A program made the translations under genes and the position numbers. The notes under the pieces are model-generated. The model was not told the DNA's origin. It saw only the letters and a list, made by a program, of their open reading frames with translations, and searched no databases. Source: Eubacteriales bacterium (lineage in GTDB: Bacteria > Bacillota > Clostridia > Oscillospirales > CAG-272). From it: DNA of 52,240 bases. Location: assembly GCA_045605175.1 (NCBI GenBank), contig JAZUPL010000059.1, positions 1 to 52,240 on the forward strand, in the 5' to 3' direction. Shown piece after piece: positions 20,531 through 29,442 of the stretch. Positions within the stretch are counted from its first letter, which is position 1. The number at the start of each line of letters is the position of its first letter.

Positions 20531-21379
20531 TTAGTCCTCCATGCCCATGTGAGCCATAACCATATCCTGGATTGCTTCTTCACCAAGTTCTGCAAGAACC
20601 TCGTTAATAGCATTAAGAAGTTCGGTGTTGCCCTTGGTAACTGCTATTGCATACTGCTCCTCAACAGGGAAGTCTGCCTCGCCCTCGCTACCTGTGTAGT
20701 AAAGAGGATAGCATACAAAGCCCTTGGTAGAATTCTGTGTGAGATACTTTGCGGGAAGTTCGTCAACGATAAGAACGTCAACGGTGGTGCCAAGAGCATC
20801 TGCAGCAACGTTGGCAGAGTCCATAGCCTTGTGCTCGGTGTTTGTTCCGTAAAGAACGCCTGCATAACCGTAGTCATTGTCCTCGGTTGCGTTGATTTCA
20901 CCATCGGTGTAAATCCAACCGGTTGTATCGGTCTGGGTAGCGATAGTCAGACCTGCAAGAGCCTCCCAAACTACGTAGGTAACGCCGTCAGCAGTCTTGG
21001 TAGCAACCTCGCTATCTGCGGGGAGAACTACGTACTGGATAGAGGTGTAATAGGGGTTAGAGAAGTCAACCTTTTCTTTTCTCTCGTCGGTGATAGTGAT
21101 ACCTGCTGCACCACAATCAGCCATTTTACCCTCTTCTACTGTATCGATAATGATACCGAAGTCACCGTCCTGCCATACAACCTTCTTGCCAAGTTTTTCG
21201 CCAACAAGTTCCATAATCTCAACGTCAACGCCTACTATCTCGGTACCGTCATAATACTCGAAGGGAGCAAAATACGCATTGGTCTGAACTATGATTTCTC
21301 CACCTGCACAGGACGTGAAGGCGAAGAGCATAGAGCACGAAAGTGCAAGCACTACTAATAAACAAATAATCTTTTTCAT
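20531..21379 (-). CDS. Amino acid ABC transporter substrate-binding lipoprotein
   Basis: Lipobox FTSC; TNAYFAPFEY, GVDVEI and TITDERKEKVDFSNPYY; ATG at 21379 follows AGGAGA. Confidence 0.92.
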   Translation of the reverse strand: MKKIICLLVVLALSCSMLFAFTSCAGGEIIVQTNAYFAPFEYYDGTEIVGVDVEIMELVGEKLGKKVVWQDGDFGIIIDTVEEGKMADCGAAGITITDERKEKVDFSNPYYTSIQYVVLPADSEVATKTADGVTYVVWEALAGLTIATQTDTTGWIYTDGEINATEDNDYGYAGVLYGTNTEHKAMDSANVAADALGTTVDVLIVDELPAKYLTQNSTKGFVCYPLYYTGSEGEADFPVEEQYAIAVTKGNTELLNAINEVLAELGEEAIQDMVMAHMGMED

Positions 21380-21428
21380 TGTTTTCTCCTTTTCCCTCGA
21401 AGGGATGTTGTTTTTTGTTTGTGTCATA

Positions 21429-21457
21429 ATTATACATCGTAAAATTTGTATTGTCAA
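21429..21457 (-). promoter_or_regulatory. sigmaA promoter of the amino acid ABC operon
   Basis: TTGACA-17 bp-TATAAT on the minus strand. Confidence 0.8.
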
Positions 21458-21483
21458 GGGGTTTTTGAAAAATAATTCAAAAT

Positions 21484-21640
21484 TTATGCATTTTTATTCA
21501 CGAACTAATTAAATTTTAGCACCCCTTTGTGCATAAAATAGAATATTTTTGTCGTTTTGTGAATAAAAGCAGTATTTTCGCTTTGTTATTCTCGCGGTTT
21601 TATGAGGAATATTTGTATGCATAAACGCATAATTATGCAA
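21484..21640. promoter_or_regulatory. Putative ArgR/AhrC ARG boxes
   Basis: TGCAT-TTTT-ATTCA (21487-21500) and CGCAT-AATT-ATGCA (21626-21639) match TGMAT-N4-ATKCA. Confidence 0.6.
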
Positions 21641-21708
21641 ATATCCGCGTTTTTTTGCTTTCACTATGCCAAAATCGGTACAAGCCTGTTCTGTTTTTAT
21701 ATGACATC

Positions 21709-21737
21709 TTGACAATACCGTCTTATAATGATAAAAT
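21709..21737 (+). promoter_or_regulatory. sigmaA promoter of the ABC-F gene
   Basis: TTGACA-17 bp-TAAAAT with extended TG. Confidence 0.75.
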
Positions 21738-21791
21738 TACTACTGATATATTTTATATTTGTAAATTATGAAAATTATGAAAGGAGATATT

Positions 21792-23717
21792 ATGATTGCA
21801 CTTTCGGTACAGGACATCTGCTTGTCTTTTGGTGTGGATGTGGTGCTTAAGGACGTATGCTTTTCGGCAAATGATGGCGACAGAATTGGAATAATTGGTG
21901 TAAACGGTGCAGGCAAAACCTCTCTTTTTAAAATTATAGCGGGAAATTGCGAGGCGGACTCGGGCAACGTATTTATACAAAAGGGGCATAGCATAGGACT
22001 TTTGGAGCAAAATCCCGATTTATCCGCTCTGCCCGGCGAGATGACCTGCCTTGAATATATGTACACCGCTTTTCCCACCCTGATTAGTCTTGAGGGGGAA
22101 ATTGCAAGGACCGAAATTCTTCTGTCGCAGGCATCGGCAAAAGGGGTACAAGAGGATATACTAAATCTGACCGAGAGGTTAAACGAACAAAACCGCAGGT
22201 ATAGTGAGGGTGGCGGACTCGAATTTCGCTCACGATGTCGTGGTATGCTGCTGCGACTCGGCTTTGACGAGGAGTTGATAACTTCAAGGATAAAAAACCT
22301 CTCTGGTGGACAATACACCCGTCTGGCTTTGGCTCGCTTGCTCGCCACCGAGCCTGATATACTTATGCTCGACGAGCCGACGAACCACCTGGATATAGAC
22401 GCTTTGGAGTGGCTGGAGGGATATATCTCCGCTTACAAAAAGACGGTGCTGATAATATCCCACGACAGGTACTTCCTCGACCGCACCACCGACAAAACCC
22501 TTCATATACAATATTCACGCGCACGCCTGTATCACGGCTCTTACTCGGCTTGCAAGGAGCAACAACAGGCAGAGGCCGCCTCGCTTGAAAAAAGATATCG
22601 CGAGCAACAAAAGGTCATAGAGCGAATACGCGCAAATATAGAATTTCAACGCAGGTGCAACCGTGAGCATAACTTCGTCACCATTCGCTCAAAGGAAAAG
22701 CAACTGGCAAGAATGCAACTTGTAGAACTCGCACCGAAAGCGCCAAAGGATATTCGCCTGCGGTTCAGTTCTCTTGACGAGAGTGTAAACGACGTAATGG
22801 AGATAAAGAATCTCTCATTCTCCTACGGTCAAAGACCTCTTATCAGGAACCTATCCCTGCTCATAAGACGGGGCGAAAGGGTTATGTTCTTAGGCCCTAA
22901 CGGCTCGGGTAAGAGTACGCTGATGAAGTTGATGAACTCTCGTCTTATACCAAACGAGGGTAAAATAACCCTCGGTTACAATATAAAGATAGGCTACTAC
23001 GACCAGGAAAACAGAGGGCTATCCGAGAACAAGACCATCTTTGAGGAAATGAGGGACGAATACCCTGACAAAACCGACCTGGAACTGAGAAGCACCCTGG
23101 CGCTATTTCTCTTTGGCGCTGAGGATATAGAAAAGAAAATATCCACCCTCTCAGGTGGCGAGCGCGCAAGGGTGACACTTGCAAAACTCATACTGAAAAA
23201 GGTAAACCTCCTGATTATGGACGAGCCAACAAACCACCTGGATATCGGCTCTTGCGAGGCGCTTGAAAACGCCCTGTTAGGCTTTGACGGTACTGTTATC
23301 GCTGTATCCCACGACAGATACTTTATGGGCAGGATTGCGACGAGGATAATAGAACTCGATCCCACGCGTGAGTGCGGTATGCTTGACTACGAGCTTGAGG
23401 ACTACGACGATGCCTTTGCCGCCTATATGCACCTGAGAGAGATGCGTGGAAGCATAGCACCCACAGAAGAAAAAAAGGCCACCTCAAGCAAGGAGGAATA
23501 CGAGGAGAAAAAGCGCCGTACCGCCGAGCAAAGGGCCAAGGAAAAACGCATCGAGCGAGCAAAGGTGAGAATAACCGAACTCGAAGACGAGCTTGACCGT
23601 CTTGACGCCGAACTCTTTGGCGAGGCGGCTACCAACTACCAGAGGGCGGCAGAAATAGACATAAGAAAAAACGAGATAGAAGAAGAACTCCTCGAACTGT
23701 ATGACTTGACTATGTAA
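21792..23717 (+). CDS. ABC-F family ribosome-associated ATPase (Uup/YdiF-like)
   Basis: Two NBDs (GVNGAGKT/LSGGQ/LDEPTNHLD and GPNGSGKST/LSGGE/MDEPTNHLD), no TM segments, C-terminal coiled coil; ATG at 21792 follows AAGGAG. Confidence 0.92.
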   Translation: MIALSVQDICLSFGVDVVLKDVCFSANDGDRIGIIGVNGAGKTSLFKIIAGNCEADSGNVFIQKGHSIGLLEQNPDLSALPGEMTCLEYMYTAFPTLISLEGEIARTEILLSQASAKGVQEDILNLTERLNEQNRRYSEGGGLEFRSRCRGMLLRLGFDEELITSRIKNLSGGQYTRLALARLLATEPDILMLDEPTNHLDIDALEWLEGYISAYKKTVLIISHDRYFLDRTTDKTLHIQYSRARLYHGSYSACKEQQQAEAASLEKRYREQQKVIERIRANIEFQRRCNREHNFVTIRSKEKQLARMQLVELAPKAPKDIRLRFSSLDESVNDVMEIKNLSFSYGQRPLIRNLSLLIRRGERVMFLGPNGSGKSTLMKLMNSRLIPNEGKITLGYNIKIGYYDQENRGLSENKTIFEEMRDEYPDKTDLELRSTLALFLFGAEDIEKKISTLSGGERARVTLAKLILKKVNLLIMDEPTNHLDIGSCEALENALLGFDGTVIAVSHDRYFMGRIATRIIELDPTRECGMLDYELEDYDDAFAAYMHLREMRGSIAPTEEKKATSSKEEYEEKKRRTAEQRAKEKRIERAKVRITELEDELDRLDAELFGEAATNYQRAAEIDIRKNEIEEELLELYDLTM

Positions 23718-23734
23718 GTTTTATATATAAAACC

Positions 23735-23762
23735 AAAAATCCCCCGTTTCGGGGGATTTTTT
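23735..23762 (+). terminator. Intrinsic terminator after ABC-F
   Basis: AAAAATCCCCCG-TTT-CGGGGGATTTTTT. Confidence 0.8.
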
Positions 23763-24125
23763 CACTCTTGTAACTTTGGCTACTATAAACCTCGACATAT
23801 CCTCGACGAATGTTCTGCGCTCCTCGGCATTGGTGCAAGAGTTTAGCCCCTGCCATACCGAGTCGGCAAGTTCGCCTATGGTCTTTTCGGTTATTTGCCC
23901 TTTGCCGTTTCTATCCATAAACTTACGCATAAGGGCGAGGGTTTCCTTTTTGCTATCTTCTCTTTCAAGGTGGGCTTTTTTGTTAGAAGCATCTCAAGGA
24001 TTTTAGTGTCGCTTAACAACGCCTCGGCATAATGGGCGTTCATCTCGTCCATTAGTATTGTGGAATTGTCGGTGGCTGTACCGAGTACACCTCTGCTTGA
24101 TGTGTTTTTTATTTTTTTCTATATC

Positions 24126-24156
24126 GGTGATATGCCGTCGGTGTATCACCTTTTTT
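24126..24156 (+). terminator. Second terminator upstream of the capsid cluster
   Basis: GGTGATATGCC-GTC-GGTGTATCACC (11 bp including two G-U pairs) followed by TTTTTT. Confidence 0.6.
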
Positions 24157-24475
24157 ATTTTTATCATGTTTTGTTGTGCCAAACGCACCGCTTTTTTGTG
24201 CTGAAGAATGTCGATAATTATGGATCGACACAAGCCTTGTGCAACATATACAATTATTCCGACGTATATCGGGTGAAGGTTTGGAATGTGGGTGTACTTA
24301 CAGGGCGAGGAAAATGTTTTACAATAGTGGTGTCGATAGGCGGTGAGCGTACGGCACCGTATAATCGACCAATTCAAGGAAGGGTGGAAAACCAAAGTCC
24401 CTGCCAAAAATCGAGCAACACCTCATACCAAAGGTACAGGGAAAAAGGGGAAGCACCTCCACAGAAAGGAGAGAA

Positions 24476-24820
24476 ATGAAAAAACGAGCAAAATACCAAA
24501 ACGAACTGCCACGAAAAATGTACGCATTCTTTATAGGGTATAGCGGCATGGGAGCGCCAAGTTTTACAAAATTCGGGGTAAGCATGGGGCTAACGCTGGC
24601 AGATATCGAAAGGTTTCGCAGATACGATGAGTTCGAGAGAGCATACCGTGAATGCAGTGAAATCCGAAGAGATTATCTTATTGACAACGCGCTGGCAAAG
24701 AAGAACGATGCATCTTTAACCAAGTTCCTGCTCTCGGCAGAGTTCGGCATGGGCGAGGAAAGCCCTGACGATGACGCTTCATCCCTCTCGGTTACGGTGG
24801 AGGTGGTGGACGGCAAATGA
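24476..24820 (+). CDS. Putative terminase small subunit (P22 gp3-like)
   Basis: Immediately upstream of terL with ATGA overlap; PSF..FG..MG..EF..A..LIDNAL..KFLL pattern and C-terminal beta strand VTVEVV. Confidence 0.7.
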   Translation: MKKRAKYQNELPRKMYAFFIGYSGMGAPSFTKFGVSMGLTLADIERFRRYDEFERAYRECSEIRRDYLIDNALAKKNDASLTKFLLSAEFGMGEESPDDDASSLSVTVEVVDGK

Positions 24821-26181
24821 AACTGCATCTAACCGTTACAAAAAAACAACGCGAGTTTATTGACGCACCTGAGAGCGAAGTGCTCTTTGGAGGAGCGGCA
24901 GGCGGAGGAAAGTCCTACGGTCAGGTTGTGGATGCTCTGCTCTTTGCATTAAAGTACCCAAAATCAAAGCAATTGATACTGAGAAGAACCTATCAGGAGT
25001 TGGAGAAGTCGCTGATACGAACCGCCCTCTCGCTGTATCCCAGAGAGATATTCAAGTTGAATGCCTCCACGCATACGGGTAGGTTTGTCAACGGTTCTTG
25101 TATAGATTTTGGTTACTGTGCGGGAGAAAATGACGTCTATCAATATCAGTCTGCCGAATATGACGTGGTGAGGTTTGACGAACTTACCCACTTCACCGAG
25201 GGACAATACCTCTACCTTATTTCCCGTGTCAGAGGTGCTAACGGATATCCCAAGCAGATAAAGTCCTCTACCAACCCCGGCGGAGTGGGACATACCTGGG
25301 TAAAGGCGAGATTTATAGACGCCTCGCCTGCCGGCGTCCCCTTCGTCGGTGAGGACGGAATGAAACGGATATTTATCCCGTCTATGCTTAGCGACAATCA
25401 CTTCCTCTGCCAAAGCGACAGTGGGTATAGGCAAAGACTTCTTGCTCTACCCGACAGAGAAAGAAGAGCGCTCCTTGACGGTGACTGGAATATTTTTGAC
25501 GGGCAATATTTCTCGGAGTTTTCCACCAAGCATCACGTTTGCAACCCCTTTGAAATCCCCTCGGGATGGCGAAGATATCGCACAATTGACTATGGTCTCG
25601 ACCGTCTTGCGGTATTGTGGATTGCATTGTCGCCCGACGGGGACGCCTATGTCTATCGAGAGTTTTGCAAATCCGACCTGCCAATAAGTGTCGCGGCACA
25701 GGAAATAGTCGCCCGCACTGCAAAAAACGAGGACATTTATGCCACACTTGCACCGCCGGATATGTGGTCGCGAACACAGGAAAGCGGCAAGACGAAGGCT
25801 GGTCTTTTCTCGGAATACGGGGTTAATATGACCAAGACCTCCAACGACCGCGAGTGTGGATGGCTTGCCCTTAAAGAGATGCTGGTAGTAGGTGAAAACG
25901 GCCCTAAACTACACATTTTTTCCACCTGCACCGAGATTATAAAATGCCTGCCCGCCCTGACGGTAGATAAACTTCGTCCCACCGACTGCTCCACCGAGCC
26001 TCACGAACTCACACACGCACCCGATGCTCTCAGGGGTTTTGCTATATTCCACCACCGTCCAAACAAGGATACAGGAAATCCTCGCAAAACTCGGTGGAGC
26101 AAGGATATGTGGGAGGATTACTACACCGCAGGCGAGGAGGCAAGACAATATCTTAAAAACAAATATGGAGAACCAATTTGA
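24817..26181 (+). CDS. terL: Phage terminase large subunit
   Basis: Walker A FGGAAGGGKS, Walker B VVRFDE, coupling motif STNP, RNase H-like nuclease IDYG and HAPDALR. Confidence 0.93.
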   Translation: MKLHLTVTKKQREFIDAPESEVLFGGAAGGGKSYGQVVDALLFALKYPKSKQLILRRTYQELEKSLIRTALSLYPREIFKLNASTHTGRFVNGSCIDFGYCAGENDVYQYQSAEYDVVRFDELTHFTEGQYLYLISRVRGANGYPKQIKSSTNPGGVGHTWVKARFIDASPAGVPFVGEDGMKRIFIPSMLSDNHFLCQSDSGYRQRLLALPDRERRALLDGDWNIFDGQYFSEFSTKHHVCNPFEIPSGWRRYRTIDYGLDRLAVLWIALSPDGDAYVYREFCKSDLPISVAAQEIVARTAKNEDIYATLAPPDMWSRTQESGKTKAGLFSEYGVNMTKTSNDRECGWLALKEMLVVGENGPKLHIFSTCTEIIKCLPALTVDKLRPTDCSTEPHELTHAPDALRGFAIFHHRPNKDTGNPRKTRWSKDMWEDYYTAGEEARQYLKNKYGEPI

Positions 26182-27953
26182 AAATCAGTAATCAACCACA
26201 ACAAAGATTAGAAATCTTCTCCTCGCTCTACGAAAATGCATTAAGCGCCATATCGCCGATATACGAAGATATGGACAAACATATGCGACAGTACAAAGGC
26301 TCACGAGAGATTGACGACTCGGTGGAGGAGGCTCTCACGGTAAGAAACATCACCTACGAAATAGTCGAGAGCCAGGTATCCTCGGATATTCCCTACCCCA
26401 AGGTCGATCCCGTCTCATACAGCGAGAGAAGAGAAAGAAACGCCGAATCGGTGGAAAGGCTTTGTCGCTCTATTCGCAACAGACTCCCCTTTGAGGAACT
26501 TAACGATATGGACGAAAGATACACCTACATCTACGGCGGAAGCGTATGGTATGCCGAATGGGAACATGATACAGAGTATATGGGCGAGATGGGTACGGTT
26601 AAGATACACTGCCTCTCCCCCCGCGACTTTATACCTCAACCCGGCATCAGCCATATCGACGATATGGAATACTGTTTCCTCAGACTTACCACCACTCTCG
26701 ACGAGGTGAGCCGAAAATATGACAAAAGTTTAGAGCAACTTGGGGAGGCAGAATTTGCCTTTGAGAGCGATAACTATCTCGAAGAATCCGAAGCCATAAA
26801 CGTAATTGTTTGCTTTTGGCGTGATGAAGTGGGTGATATTTCACGCTTTGTTTTTTCGGGCGACGTAATATTATCCGATATTCCAAAATTCTATCACAGA
26901 AAGAGTTTAAGATGCAGTCTTTGTGGCCAAGACGAGCAAGGTTGTAAATGTGACACGCCCCTATTGGTAGAAAGCGAGGTCGAGCGCGAGGTACTTACCG
27001 AAAACAAACTGCTTCGCTCGGGATATTTGATCCCCGCAATAGCCCCGAAAATTGCAGAGAGAGGGGGAAAGGGCGGCTCGCATCACACCGAAATCCCCTA
27101 TTATGTACCCAAGGTATTCCCCATCGTCATAAGGAGAAACACCTCCTCGGAGGGCGAGTTGTTCGGTCAATCGGATTGCGACTATATTAGACCTCAGCAA
27201 CAGGCTATAAACAAGATAGAGTCTCGCATTCTGCAAAAACTTTTACGTGCGGCGGTAACCCCAATTATGCCCGAAGATGCCACCGTCAGTGCCTCCAACT
27301 CAATATTCGGTCAGGTTATAAGAATGAAACCCGGAGAAAATCCCGGTCAGTATGGCAAGGTGGACACCACACCCAATATAGCCCAGGATATAGCAGAGGC
27401 AGAAAGACTCTACGACCAGGCGAAGAGAATTATAGGCATCTCCGACGCCTTCCAAGGCATCGACACAGGACTTAACGAATCGGGTGTGGCAAAACAACTT
27501 CGTATTACCCAAGCAAGAGGCCGTCTTGATTCTAAGAAAAAGATGAAATACAGCCTATACGCATCGCTTTACCGTGTCATTTTCGGTCTTTATCTCGCCT
27601 TCGCAGATGAGCCAAGACAACTCGCCTTCAAGGACGCCTTCGGCAGAGTGCATCAGGCTCAGTTCAACCGTTATGACTTTATCGAATATGATGTTCGATC
27701 GGGCGAGTATTACTATGACGATGCCTATCTGTTCTCGACAGACTCAGGCGAGGGTGATGCCGACCAGAGAGAACTTCAATGGCAGAGAAACCTCGAAAAC
27801 CTCAGGTCGGGAAGCCTTGGCGATCCGTCAAGTGTATCTACACTCTTGCGCTACTGGCAATGTCAAGAGAGAGCGCACTACCCCAACGCCAGAGAAAACG
27901 TGGAATATTTCACCGAGGCATTAAAGGCAGAGGGAGGTGTTACCTATGTCTGA
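26178..27953 (+). CDS. Phage portal protein
   Basis: 591 aa directly after terL (TTGA overlap); NITYEIVESQV, SPRDFIPQP, FPIVIRRN, LFGQSD, QQQAINKI, GISDAFQG and SGVAKQ are portal-like. Confidence 0.8.
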   Translation: MKISNQPQQRLEIFSSLYENALSAISPIYEDMDKHMRQYKGSREIDDSVEEALTVRNITYEIVESQVSSDIPYPKVDPVSYSERRERNAESVERLCRSIRNRLPFEELNDMDERYTYIYGGSVWYAEWEHDTEYMGEMGTVKIHCLSPRDFIPQPGISHIDDMEYCFLRLTTTLDEVSRKYDKSLEQLGEAEFAFESDNYLEESEAINVIVCFWRDEVGDISRFVFSGDVILSDIPKFYHRKSLRCSLCGQDEQGCKCDTPLLVESEVEREVLTENKLLRSGYLIPAIAPKIAERGGKGGSHHTEIPYYVPKVFPIVIRRNTSSEGELFGQSDCDYIRPQQQAINKIESRILQKLLRAAVTPIMPEDATVSASNSIFGQVIRMKPGENPGQYGKVDTTPNIAQDIAEAERLYDQAKRIIGISDAFQGIDTGLNESGVAKQLRITQARGRLDSKKKMKYSLYASLYRVIFGLYLAFADEPRQLAFKDAFGRVHQAQFNRYDFIEYDVRSGEYYYDDAYLFSTDSGEGDADQRELQWQRNLENLRSGSLGDPSSVSTLLRYWQCQERAHYPNARENVEYFTEALKAEGGVTYV

Positions 27954-28695
27954 AATCAAAGGTTTGGAAGAATATATGCGAAACTACTTTCGCTCCACCA
28001 CCCTTGAAAACGGACCTATGAGTTTCTCGACCTTCAAGTCGCAAACCGGCTCTAACCCTGCGGGCGACTACGCCCGTGCCATGAGTGCTGCAGCCAAAAA
28101 GGCTATCAAAAACAGTTCCTCCTACGGCACAGGCGCTGTCGATATGCAAAAACTTGGGCTTACAGGCACCGGATATAGTGACTATCTCTCAGCCCTCGAA
28201 AAGGATAGCCTTGCAAGAACCGAGGCAAGTCTTCTGACAGATAGAAAGCGAGCCGAATACGACGAGGCGCAAAACTATCTTTCCTATCTAACAAAATATG
28301 CTGAAAAGCAGCAGGAACTAAACACTCGCATTACCGACGCCTTGGTGCGTGAACGTATAACCGATGCCAATACCGCATACCTTTACGGAATACATAACGG
28401 GCTTTCTCCCGAAATGGCAAAAAAGGCGGCGAGCGACTCGTACGGTCTTATTAGGCAGAAACTAATCTCCGAAATTCTATCACGGGCGGCATCCTTGGAA
28501 CTTGATGGCGAGGGCGCCGAGATATATGCAAGACATATGGGAATGTCGGACAGTGATGCTAAAATGATAGGAGAACAGGCAAAAGAACTCTATGCCCACT
28601 ATTTGCAGATATCCGATGAATATCTCGACTATTTAGACCGATTAGACGAACAAGGCGACCACACCAACGGCAAATATGTTATCAAAGATAAATAA
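27946..28695 (+). CDS. Hypothetical helical virion protein (possible internal/ejection protein)
   Basis: Ala/Tyr-rich helical sequence with LGLTGTGYSDY; ATG at 27946 follows GGAGGT and overlaps the portal stop. Confidence 0.5.
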   Translation: MSEIKGLEEYMRNYFRSTTLENGPMSFSTFKSQTGSNPAGDYARAMSAAAKKAIKNSSSYGTGAVDMQKLGLTGTGYSDYLSALEKDSLARTEASLLTDRKRAEYDEAQNYLSYLTKYAEKQQELNTRITDALVRERITDANTAYLYGIHNGLSPEMAKKAASDSYGLIRQKLISEILSRAASLELDGEGAEIYARHMGMSDSDAKMIGEQAKELYAHYLQISDEYLDYLDRLDEQGDHTNGKYVIKDK

Positions 28696-28710
28696 AGAAA
28701 GGAAATTATT

Positions 28711-28848
28711 ATGAGCAACAAAAAGGATTTATCCAGCGTTTACAGAACCACTTCTATCCACATCATCAAGGCTCCCGTACCCAACCCTGATAAGCACAGC
28801 GGTAGTGTAATCAAATTTTCGGGAGATGGTCGTGGAGGTAAGAAATGA
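28711..28848 (+). CDS. 45-aa basic microprotein (absent from the ORF track)
   Basis: AAAGGA SD; MSNKKDLSSVYRTTSIHIIKAPVPNPDKHSGSVIKFSGDGRGGKK; stop overlaps the next start (ATGA). Confidence 0.7.
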   Translation: MSNKKDLSSVYRTTSIHIIKAPVPNPDKHSGSVIKFSGDGRGGKK

Positions 28849-29318
28849 CCGAACAGGACGTTATCGAACTTGAAAACGAGGTTGACGAGTCTATCGGGGA
28901 GGTAGAAAACATAGTCGTCAAGGAAAACGACAACGATATCGACACAGAAATTCCCTTAAGCGAGCCCGCTATCGAAGAGGGAGATATTGACTACGAAAGT
29001 CTTATGATGGAAGATCTTGCCGAACTTAAAAGGGAGTTTTCCGAACTCGACAGTATTGAAAACATAACCGAACTTTCCAACCCTCTCCGCTATGCGGCAT
29101 TACGTGACCTCGGTCTTTCTCCCAGAGAAGCATATTTGGCAACCTCTCCAAGAAAGACTGCCACAGACAACCGTGCACACCTCTCATCCGCAGTGGGGAG
29201 AACAACCTCAAGACCTAAAACCGCAATACCTCCCGCCCAACTTAGACTGGCAAGAGAGTTATTCTCCGACCTGTCTGACGCAGAAATCAACGCCCTTTAT
29301 CGCAGGGTAACAAAGTAA
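28845..29318 (+). CDS. Putative capsid scaffolding protein
   Basis: Very acidic N-terminus, helical middle and C-terminal helix-turn-helix (ARELFSDLSDAEINALYRR); directly before the capsid gene. Confidence 0.65.
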   Translation: MTEQDVIELENEVDESIGEVENIVVKENDNDIDTEIPLSEPAIEEGDIDYESLMMEDLAELKREFSELDSIENITELSNPLRYAALRDLGLSPREAYLATSPRKTATDNRAHLSSAVGRTTSRPKTAIPPAQLRLARELFSDLSDAEINALYRRVTK

Positions 29319-29379
29319 ACAAAACAGATGCGAACCTAACTCGGGAAAACCACCCGGGTAAGGCTCGCAAAATTGCCGT

Positions 29380-29397
29380 GAGATTTTCACGAGCAAA
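29380..29397 (+). repeat. Left arm of inverted repeat flanking the capsid gene
   Basis: GAGATTTTCACGAGCAAA; 29383-29397 is the exact reverse complement of 30501-30515. Confidence 0.85.
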
Positions 29398-29442
29398 ACT
29401 AATCCAATTATAAAAAACAAATAATAACAAGGAGAGAATTAA

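Noticed and set aside
20549-21358. 269-aa plus-strand ORF
   Set aside because: Antisense shadow of the substrate-binding protein gene.
24376-24400. T-box-like AGGGTGGAAAACC
   Set aside because: Deviates from GGTGGNACC, with no stem I/specifier loop and no downstream terminator.
24003-24543. ORFs of 134, 139 and 66 aa upstream of terS as a possible repressor or regulator
   Set aside because: No HTH motif or SD; two of them run through the terminator hairpin and poly-T/A tracts; composition looks non-coding.
29325-29400. c-di-GMP-I (GEMM) riboswitch resemblance (GCGAACC...GAAA...CGCAAA)
   Set aside because: The GNRA tetraloop/receptor and second-hairpin consensus are not present; kept only as unassigned hairpins.
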